Made by a program: the position numbers and the translations under genes. Shown piece by piece: positions 40,329 to 64,000 of a stretch of DNA of 64,000 nt (positions are counted from its first letter, which is position 1; each line of letters begins with the position of its first letter). Below the pieces are notes generated by a model. The model made no database searches and was not told the origin of the DNA. It saw only the letters and a program-made list of their open reading frames with translations. Source of the stretch: Chrysomallon squamiferum (lineage: Eukaryota > Animalia > Mollusca); NCBI GenBank assembly GCA_012295275.1, contig CM022672.1, forward strand, positions 18,352,001 to 18,416,000, given 5' to 3'.

Positions 40329-41802
40329 AATAAATAATAATGAAAAATAAATAAATAAATAAAAACATCTGATTGACTAAATAAATCCGAAGTACTTTTA
40401 GTTTATCACGAATTTCTCAGTTTTGTTAATAATAACACACCAACTCGAGTTTTACCGAACCTGAAAGAAACTTTACAAAATTTCTGTGTATCATGTTGCA
40501 CCAACATCATCTTACACTTATTTAATCTTCCTTCCACCTCCATCTGAACATAGCTCTCTCTCTACAACGTGAAGCCAAATTTAATTTGGCACAAATCTCC
40601 GTTTAACGATCAAAGTTTGGCAATCGCTCGCCTCCGGATTACGTTCTGTTTTTTTTTCCATCGTTAATTCCTCAGCACTGAGCATCTTTCTTTTCAGTTT
40701 CGGGACCGTTATGATAATTTTAATCTTCCATCGATCATCATCTTGTAACGAGAGTCAGTCGTTGAACACTACAAGTGCTCCATCATATCCGATTAAATCT
40801 TATTACGTACGTTTCAGCCTTCGCGAGTTCTCTCTATCGCAAGACAAAAAAAAAAAAATAAAGACAAATTTGTTGATTATTATGTTGTCGGCGGAGAGCT
40901 ATATTTTATTAGGTATACTTCGTCATGTTTCTCAAGTAAGGATTAAATGAATGAATGGATGTTTGATGACAGCGCTGTAAAAATAATAAATTGGTTGTTC
41001 ACGTCCAACAACGACGAAGTAAAGAAGTAAAAAAGAAAGTAAGATAGATTTGAAAAAACAACTAATATAGTTATTATCTTTGAAATCGGCGCAGTTATAT
41101 TTAATTATATATAATGTCAGAAATAGCTGGCGTCGGAAAGATTGAAGGTTAAGGTACCATGGCGCCGTACAAGATGTGTTATATTATATACAGACCTTCA
41201 GAATTGAAATGAAAAACACTTCCTTTCTTTTAAATATTCTTATAAACTTTAAAATGTACATTTAATTTTTTTCTGAAGTTTTATTCACAGCAAGAAAGCA
41301 TAATATCCTTCCTGCGATTATTTTTTTTTATCTATTTTAATTTTAAATTTTTTTCTTACATTTTGTTTTTATTTTTATTTTTTTTATTTATTTTTATTTT
41401 TATTTTTATTTTTTTTTTATAAATTAAGAAAAATGAACGTGATAATCTCAGATAAGTACTATTCTAAATATCGATTCTTTAATCTTAATTTTTAATTTAT
41501 TTTTTTTAACAAAAACAATACTAATAATAATAAAGATACTACATGAAACGTAAGACTTCTAAAGATTTTAAGATTTTTTACCAACTCAAACTAATACTTT
41601 AATGAATGAAGGAAATTACAAAGAGTCAAATAGATTTTTTTTATCGTGTTCTTTGAGCACTGACCTTTACTTCGTTCCCATCCTTTCATCAGCTTACGAA
41701 ATTTCGAAATATAATTGTTGTTGCAAAGCGTTATTTGTAGTGATAAAGTCCAAATCAAGGTCCTTTTTAAAATTAATAACAAAAATGATGATGATAGTGA
41801 TA

Positions 41803-41838
<36 letters not shown>

Positions 41839-42121
41839 AATAAATATATATACACACCAACACTTATACTTGCATTATTCTACGATTATTCTAAAATCAG
41901 TCTTGATACATCTAAATTTATTGATACTGGAAGACAGTCTGTCGATCTTATTTGAAAATTAAAAGAATCAAAACATTTATGCACAAAATATTTATTAAAA
42001 TCTTCACATTTATCACAGGTTAATAAATACAAAAAATCACATGGAATGTAAAATGGACAGGCTAAAAACACCACGAAGTTCGTGCGAAATTTCGTTTGGT
42101 TGCTAGCGGCTTTGCAAAAGG

Positions 42122-42156
<35 letters not shown>

Positions 42157-42772
42157 TTGCAGTTTAGAGTGTTGTTATTTTTTTTTACATGATATCAGAT
42201 AATATGTTATTTAATGTACAAATGGCTTTTCTTTTAATAGCACAAATTCAAAAGCAGACATAAAATCATGTAACATTAATACCAGATTCAGTTTGTTACA
42301 AAATTGTTTTGTGTTTTTCTCTCTCCTTTTAGTACTTCTTTTTCTTTTCTGTTTTTCTCCTAACTTAATTCTCTTACTTTATTAACTTTTAAAAAAAAGT
42401 TTTTATTTTCTTTCTTTTTGTGTAGAAAGCTATGCATACATCTTTTCAGTTAAGAAAAGTTTACCATCGATTTATATATATATTTTTTCTTACCATATTA
42501 ATAAAATATATATCTTACTTCATCAAATCGTGAAAATTTTCATATTGATTGTCATTTGATATATCCTTTTATAAATAATTACATTACAATTATAATTTTT
42601 AAATTTCTCTTTTTTTTACTTTTTTTTTTTTAAATACGTAATATTTTAATAGTAATTTAAAAATATCAGTACTGTAATTTAAAAAATAATTTCCAGATTT
42701 GTTTTGGAAATGTCACAGAAGCGACAGAGTGTATGTATAAAAGTCACAGTTATTCACTGCAGTGTTCATTCA

Positions 42773-55723
<12,951 letters not shown>

Positions 55724-56236
55724 GCAGTGATAGTAGTGACAGTTTGTGATTTTTTTTCTTCTATAACTGAGTACAAACATGTGAAATATTTTCGAATGAA
55801 ATTAAATAATAAAATATATACATGCAACATAAAAATATTAAATAAAATAATTAAATAAAAAAGAGTAATAATTATTTAATTTAAAAATTTAGTTTGTGTA
55901 TGTACAAAGAACCTTTAAAAATAGTGAATAATACTCTCCTGTAAATTGAGTAATGGAAATACCAGTGAAAAATAAACTAAAATAGACTAAATTAAAATTA
56001 AATAAAATAAAATAAATAATAACAAATGATACTAATTAAGACAACTACACTTTATTCTTAATGACATTAATTTTATCGCGCCTTCCATTATTTATTTTTA
56101 ATTATTATTACTTCCATTACTGCAAACATATGTAAATGCTGTTACTGAAGATAAAGCAATCTTCCAAGGATTAGTAAATGGTACAAAAGTGAATAGATAT
56201 GTTACTTATGTACGTATAGATTTAATCGTTTAACTG

Positions 56237-56250
56237 TTTACCATGGTAAC
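56237..56250. promoter_or_regulatory. RFX X-box motif, overlapping a forkhead core TGTTTAC
   Basis: TTTACCATGGTAAC is a 13/14 match to the palindromic X-box GTTACCATGGTAAC and lies at the 5' end of a ciliary gene. Confidence 0.7.
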
Positions 56251-56368
56251 GTAACTAAAGAAGCAATTAAAATTGTTCTTATCCCATTAATATTATTTTT
56301 TAAAATAACAGTAAATATTTTATTAATAAAACAAAATGCGACAATTTCTATTAAATAAATATGTTTAC

Positions 56369-56460
56369 CTGAAACGGTCCAGTGACAGCTAATATTTTTA
56401 ACGTTTAGACACCGCCAATTTCCTTTTGTGATGACAACAAGCCGCCATGATGTATATTCC
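56369..56460 (-). other. Putative non-coding first exon / TSS region of CFAP99
   Basis: Donor CAG|GTAAAC at 56369/56368, matching acceptors just upstream of coding exon 1 (ctcAG at 55767 or tatAG at 55761). CpGs reappear locally and there is a YY1-like GCCGCCAT at about 56441-56448. The 5' boundary is a guess. Confidence 0.45.
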
Positions 56461-57388
56461 GTGGTAAATGGGACAAAATGTCAAGAGCACCAAACATTTT
56501 CTTTCGGCCATACACGCTTTAAACATAGTTCTTCTTATTATATACCCTGTCACAATTTGTATACTTATTAAATTACTCTTTTTGATAACTTCTAATCCAA
56601 GACCTGATTTTTATTTAACTTTTTATTAACTTTACCAACAAAACAAAAATAATTATGATTAAAACACATTATAAAAATCGTCAATACCAGCATTTAATAA
56701 TAATATTAGACACTTGAATGTAAATACGCTAATTAATTTGATAATTATTATATTAAATTTTGAATCTGCTAACCTAAGAAAATAGTTACAGAATCAAGAA
56801 TCCTTTGGTATCTGTCGCACACATTATTATTATTTAGTTGTTTAACAGGTTGTTGTGCGCACGTATAAACACTTACTGATTGACACTTAGTAAAGCCCGT
56901 GCATTTACGATATTATATGAAATTCTTGTGTGGTACAAAATATCTGCAACTTTAAATTTCTACCTACTACAAATTGTGTTTTGTTCCTTAAAATTAATTT
57001 GTTCATGATGTCTTGGGACTGATATTTAATCTAATTACTAAATCATTAATAAATAATACAAAAGTAATATTAACACAGTGTTGTTTTAATATTAATACAA
57101 TTTTATTTTTTTATTTATTGTAATTTATTTATTGTAATTTATTTATTTATTATTTTCATAATTCTTAGCTATTTCAACCAAAGTGGCAATGCTTTGCTAT
57201 GTATGAAATGCTACTGGTCACTATAGTACATATGCATATACACGCATATATACATACACACACACATACATATATACATGTACACATATATGCACATGCA
57301 CACAAACACACACATATATATATACACATACATGCACAGACATACACATACACTTACTGATGTATATGTGTATGTGTGTGTGTATATT

Positions 57389-57421
<33 letters not shown>

Positions 57422-58455
57422 ATGTGTTTATATATGTGTGTGTTTGTGTGCATGTGCATATGTATGTGTATATATATTCCTTCATATGTAATGAGATTCA
57501 CATTTATATCATTTTCGTCTCTAATAAAACGCTATACGTCGTATATTGACAAGTTGCTTGTTTATATCCGTTTATTTGAATAATGATTTAGCTTTGAACT
57601 TTATGAAATCTCTTACCACATTATATAATGATTTACATACAATACTTTTATGATGTTCTGTTATTCCGAAGTATTCATAATTATCCCACAGTTATGTTCT
57701 CGTACATAAATATTTATTTATTTTATGTCGAACAGTTCAAATGTAAACATGTAACTGCGATAATGATTTCCTGTATGGCAGATTTTAACTGCTGGGAAAC
57801 AGGAAAAACATGCATGGTTGCGAACATTAATTGTAGCCTTATATTCGAAATTATAAAAACTAATCATAAATCAATGAGTACTTGTTTGTTTAAATTTAAA
57901 TAAAGATTTGATTAATTTTATCCATTTCTTACTGATTTTTCATCCACACACAAATCCCGATGGGTTGGCAGATATAATTATGTCCGCCACCAAAATAATG
58001 TCAGAATTAATTAATTTTATGTCAAATCAGCACTAAATGTTTCAAAAGATTGTTGTCCCTTTTTAAATGCCGAATCATTACTTTTATATAAAAACTAACA
58101 ATTACAGAAATCCAAAGCTGAAGACGAATGAATAGGGTGGGGAATAATAATAATTAATAGAAAGAAATATTCGCCGCTGTAAATGTGTGTCAATAAATCC
58201 TGCAGGAAAACCAAGGCTGATTGAAATGAAAAACAAAACATGTACGACCCTTTTCATTATGGATATAAATCGATAATCGGAGATCGAATGAGCAGAGTCC
58301 GACCAGTGTGTCAGCGTTTAGTCGAATCTAATAAAACTCACACGATTCACTGTCTTTTGTTTGCAATTTTTCATTGGCTCGCTAGATTAGTTACTGCGTT
58401 ATCGATTGGCTAATTTTATGTTCCAGCATGTCTATGGATCGACGATATAAAATTC

Positions 58456-58590
58456 CTTTGAATGTGTTCAAGAAAAGAAACTGAAGGTTGAAGTCCGGCA
58501 GGACTTGACATTTGGAGGACAAATGATCACATAGCAATAATTTATGAAGATACATTGCAGGAAATTACTGTTAAAAATAAGACTTGAATG
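58456..58590 (+). mobile_element. Dispersed repeat family, 5'-half copy
   Basis: CTTTGAATGTGTTCAAGAAAAGAAACTGAAGGTTGAA...GGACTTGACATTTGGAGGACAAATGATCACA... is nearly identical to 14138-14270. It is followed by (CT)n(CA)n. Confidence 0.7.
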
Positions 58591-58593
58591 TAC

Positions 58594-58737
<144 letters not shown>

Positions 58738-58875
58738 TTACACTAATTTTCAGAACTGCATTATTATATGTATATGTATGCATGAAAACATACACATACA
58801 CGCACTTAGTTTCCCAGAACCTTAGGTTTCAAAGACTTTCTGGACTATCAGTTCTTCCGAGCCAAATGAGGTCAC

Positions 58876-58925
<50 letters not shown>

Positions 58926-59180
58926 TCAACATTTCTAAGTATTTAAATATATATCTCCCAATTTCTGAATCAGTGTATACATTATTAAAAATTATAAAAT
59001 TAAATATAGGCCTACTAATTAAAATACTTTACTATATATGGTGCAGACAGTATAAATACAATCAGATTATTATTTTTAATTTTTTTTAATTCAAATTAAT
59101 TTAATTTAATTTAATTTTGAATGCCAATTCAGAATTTTATTTGGTTTAAAACAGGTTACACACAGACAGACAGACAGACA

Positions 59181-59217
<37 letters not shown>

Positions 59218-59808
59218 TGTATACCTCTTTGCAGAAGCCATGTGTGGTCAGTTATCTGATAGAAGTATGCTTTAAATTATCTGTAAATGAACCAGTCAAG
59301 AGAAAAATTATTTTAATTTCAGTTATCTGCCGAAGCAATTAAACAGATATCTCTTTTTGTGTTCATCAATAGAGTAAATTAGCTTTAATGGCATCGTACG
59401 TACATCTGTCAAAATTAACTCTTTGAACAGAGCCATAAAATTGTCAGAATATTTGTTCATATATTATTTTCGTTTCGTAAAAAAGTTTTAGTTTATTCAT
59501 CATGTCTGTAGTGATGATGACAGAAAACTATTTATTTTGTATTTGTTCGTTGTTTATTTTATTTCATTTATTTTGTTTATCAAATCCAGTATTAAATTAC
59601 ACTTAACATATATACATTCTGGGATTTGTTCCATAATCGTAAGTGCTCCAAAAAGATGTAAACAACAATAAATTGTTTTCTTTCTGTGGAAGAATTTTTG
59701 AAATAGAGAAGGATCATTTTTGTAACATGGATATTTCAATTTTATATGCCGAATGTATATGTGCAAGTTAGTGAGTGAATTATCGCACGTACACATTATT
59801 ATTATTAC

Positions 59809-59866
<58 letters not shown>

Positions 59867-59885
59867 TGCATAATATGTATTTATA

Positions 59886-59922
<37 letters not shown>

Positions 59923-61199
59923 TTTAAAAATAATAATATAACACCGCAAGGGGTTTACTTGGACAAGATATCTATATCTATATATATTAAAAATATCAAA
60001 GTTGAACTCATTCTACTGTCATTTGACAGTTTTTTTAAATGACCTTGAATCAGCATTAAACCGAGGCCAAATGTTTTGTTTCGCAGAAGTATACGCATCG
60101 TAAGTGTCGCAGCGGGCGGAACCATCGCTTAGCATGAGTGATCACCACGTTTAGTATCAGTAGTGTTCCATGACCTGAGCACGACAGGAGTCGCGTGTAT
60201 TTTCTCACGGGTGACCAAGTGTTAAACCATACCCTCCCAAAAAGCTCGGGTCTGTTAGGCTCATGCCTACTATTAATTCACTTCATACGTGTAGTTTACG
60301 GAGTGGATGCATGACTTTGTAACACGTATGCCAGTAATAATGTTTTTGTACCACGTACACGAGTCATCATCTTTCTGTAAAAATTCATATGCTTATTGTA
60401 ATGCAAGTCTTTATAATTCAGGTAATAATACTCCTTCCGAATTATAACAATTTTAGATACTGTATATCACACATAAAGGCTTTTGCAACAGTGTTGCAGG
60501 TTTGGATTTGTCCTGAACGCACAGATATTAATGATCTGGAAAGCTTGTTAAGATTCCCCAACGTGGTTGCCTTTTCTATAAACAGACATTACATATATAA
60601 TAAAATAAAATAAAAATTTACAAGATATGTGTTTTTGTGTTGTTTCGTTTTTCAAAATAACGTTAACACAAACGAATGTAGCCGTATTGTTGTTTCAATA
60701 TAATTTACCAAAGGACGTGTGCGCGGCTGCATGTCTGTGTATAAGAAATTACACGTGGATCAGCTAAAACTTTAAAGATCTAAAATTAGTTTTACTTATT
60801 TATTAGAAGAGAAATTAAATATATTATAAGCAGTTTAATTTCAGTGACTGATCCAAGGTGTATTTATTTTTTACAGGAAAATACATGGCAGTAATTTTGA
60901 CGTGAAAACAAACGCTGTAGAATTAGACACGTCTGATATAGACATGCATAAGTAACATGAGATCAGATAGAAACATTTTATGCTCATAATTAATTTTTGG
61001 CATATTTAAAGATTTTTAATACTAAAATTAACAATTTGCGTCTTTTAAGACAATTATTTGTTCCACTTGTACATAGTTTAGAAACAGAATGTAATAATAA
61101 AATGGCAGTATAATATTATGTATCAGAATATATCAGAACAGATCAGGGGGAAAAATACAAAATACAAAAAAAAAAAAAAAAAAAAAAAATTCACAGAGG

Positions 61200-61954
61200 C
61201 GTCATCTTGAGCCTGCCTTTTTACCGTGGCTTTGTGTCGTGACATTTGTAACGTCAGTCGAACTGAAAGGATAATCTACATAATAATTTATACTTTTATA
61301 AGCACATTGTAAAAAATAAGACTAAAAGTTTAAATGAACTAATAAACTGTATAAAACAAGAAAAAAAGATCAGAAAAGTATTCGGTTGAATAAACAGAAA
61401 GGTTCAGTATTCTCTGAATCCATTTTCGTGAACCTTTTGGCTTGGACACTCGATGAATCAGCTTGGTCAACTGAAGTCAATCAACTTGACTGTTACTCTG
61501 TTGGTTGCAGTAAAACTAGCAACGTAGCGTAACTGAAATACACAAACCAGTCTAATACGCTTCGAGCAGAAGACGAAAGAGCAGTGAGAGTAAACAAAAG
61601 CGGTGGAACGTAAATTTTGGATTAAACCAGCTATAAATGCATCAGAATGAGTTTGGAAGTGAGTGCAAATTATTTTTAAAAACTATATGCTATTCTAGGA
61701 TTTTGCACTATCATTTTTATTGGATTTGCGCAATGGCATTAAAAGATTTTATTTGGCATCGATTCAAAGCGGCACTGAATGTGTATTGCAGTTTGCAGTG
61801 ATTGCGAAATATACACTGTTTTCGAATTTTTTGGACCGTAGATTTCTTCACGTGAATTTATCTTGTTTTATATATATATATATATTTTTTATTTAAGGTT
61901 AGAGAAATTTCTGCACCACGTGTGGGCCGATTTAAAGTGTATATTCAGGTAAGC
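61200..61954 (+). other. Possible promoter / non-coding first exon of a further gene on +
   Basis: A CpG-containing non-repetitive stretch ends in a strong donor CAG|GTAAGC (GT at 61949-61950), and CpG-poor intron-like sequence follows. No coding exon was recognised. Confidence 0.3.
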
Positions 61955-64000
61955 TTTATTTTTATTTGTTATATATCGTAAATATTTATCATTGATTAAA
62001 ATAATTCACGATTGACAGTAAGATATAGATATAGTGAATAGTGACATCTATGAATTGTGTATAAGAATTGTTTAGCTCTATAATTTTTATTGATAAATTC
62101 ATAGAAAACAAAAATGGTGTCTATTTTCATAATATAGTATTCAGTACTGGTAGTGGTACAGAATGAATCTTAAGTCTGTTAGCAGACATGCTGAAGCTAT
62201 TGCATTGTTATCTCATAATTTATGCTTTTATTAGAGTCGGTCCAGAGCGTATAGTAGTATCTTTGTAACAGACGTTCATATTCACAAATCCTGTAGTCTT
62301 TGTTTCTTTTGCATGCAGGAGAGTTGTTGTTCCAGTTCTTTAAATGCTATTCCCCAGCCCAGACCTTGTGCCACTTGTGGGTCAAGGCTAAATTTTATAC
62401 ATGTGCAACTATCGCCTATTTATAGATTTTTCTCCATAGGATGGATATGGATGGACCTGTTAAAATATTTGGTTTCTTGAATGTCCCATACTGACCAGTA
62501 ACATTTTGTTGGAGGCAGAGGGGAAAAAACATATATATATTTTATTTAAATACACATATACATAATACATATAATTAAAACAGATTAATTTGAAAGTGTT
62601 GATTTCAAACATTTATAGATCAAAAATATTTTAATTTTTTAATTAATCTCATTAATATTTAATTATTTTGCTGATTATTTTATATATATATATATATAGA
62701 CAAACACACACATTTAATTTAAAAAAGAAAGATAACATATAACATATTAGACTACCATCGTATATATTTCAAATGTGAATGTACAAGATGCTTTTGAACA
62801 ATAGGACAAAAATAAATAATTATGTCAAAGATATCAGAAAATACTCTGTTGTCTTTGCATGTAAATAAATCAATAAAAATATCCTTTGTCATATATTTTT
62901 TATGCATACAGTCATACTCATAAACATATATATATATATATATATATAATTGAAGGACATTAGTTTAAGCCTACAGCTATTGTAAATGCATGTGACACAT
63001 TTGCTTTTATGGATTAAAAAAATAATCACCAGTTTATCTTGCAGGTCATTGTAAGTTCACATTGATAGTTTGCAAGCTTTATCCATCATTTCTACTGAAA
63101 ATAAAAAAACAAACAAAACAAATCGGACTTGTTTGTATATACATATAAAGGTTCTTTTGTAGATAAGTTATTTTTTAGTTAACTTGTTGAAAAGTCATTT
63201 GCTTTCATTAAAATGTCATTATTGACAAATAATATAAAATATAAAGGCAGTTATTTCTAGTTCACACAAAATAGACTGCTGGATAGGTTTATTTACTAAA
63301 TAAAACCTTAATCCTTAAACATGGACTTCACAACAGACAGTGACTGAGTAGAAATCTGGTTAAATGTTTAAACTGTATTTCAGTAAAATCAGGGTTTAGA
63401 ACAGAATATATTGAATTATCTGATAATATGTTAACTTGTTACAGATTTTTGCTTATCTTTAATTCATTAAAAGATTCATTATGTACAATCTTTTGAGCAT
63501 GTAGTTGAATGGTCAATATTTTCTGGTGATTTTTATCAAACAAAATTCTATTAATTCATTAATGCTTGATTAATAACAAAACAACAATCTTGTTGAAACA
63601 ATCCTTGATTATAAAAACTTGGAGAAAGGAACACTGCAAAACATTGTTCACATGTATATGTGTAAGTAAATGTGAAGTTTTCTGTGAAATATATTTCTTA
63701 TTTTAATGACATTGTTTAAGATATTTACTTTTGCTGATATTAATATTAGGGTGGAATATAAAGAAACATGTTACTTATTTGTCTTGTAACAGTTTCAAAA
63801 TTATGACAATTTTTGAATATTCATACTCTGTATTTTTATTATTGTTGTTGTTTTTATTATTATTACTGTTATTATTATTATTTTATGAGTAAAATGGCTA
63901 AAGCTTTTATTTGTGATAAAACTTTTAAAATTCTGCTGGAAAAAGCACTACAATTGTTCTGGCAATAACTCTTCTTCATTGTAACAGGAAAATCTTTTAG

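Noticed and set aside
60125-60185. Possible C/D-box snoRNA (ATGAGTGA...CTGA)
   Set aside because: The C box is non-canonical, the terminal stem is minimal, it is not within a known intron, and I recognised no rRNA complementarity.
62300-64000. Coding exons of a third gene (acceptor-like sites near 63044 and 63444)
   Set aside because: No open frame with a recognisable protein could be assembled.

Overview
AT-rich, microsatellite-dense animal genomic DNA. A mollusc, probably a cephalopod, is my inference from the repeat landscape and the receptor sequence. There are no prokaryotic features. Two convergent genes are supported. (1) On +, a class A aminergic GPCR of the alpha-adrenergic-like octopamine receptor type (OAMB/Lymnaea OA1-like) at 28804-30481. 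Its reading frame is broken inside intracellular loop 3: TM1-5 lie in frame 1 and TM6-7 in frame 2, and all three frames are open across the break. (2) On -, an 18-coding-exon CFAP99 (55723 to 42773, about 660 aa) reconstructed by hand with GT-AG introns. It carries one 1-nt phase defect in exon 8, a near-perfect RFX X-box near its 5' end, and a 116-bp tandem array that multiplies the 3' end and splice donor of exon 14. The first 28 kb is non-coding: simple repeats, minisatellites, a dispersed repeat family and CpG-containing islands. A third gene may start on + near 61.2-61.9 kb. The receptor frame break is the most interesting signal, but the similar defect in CFAP99 means assembly indel error must be excluded first.
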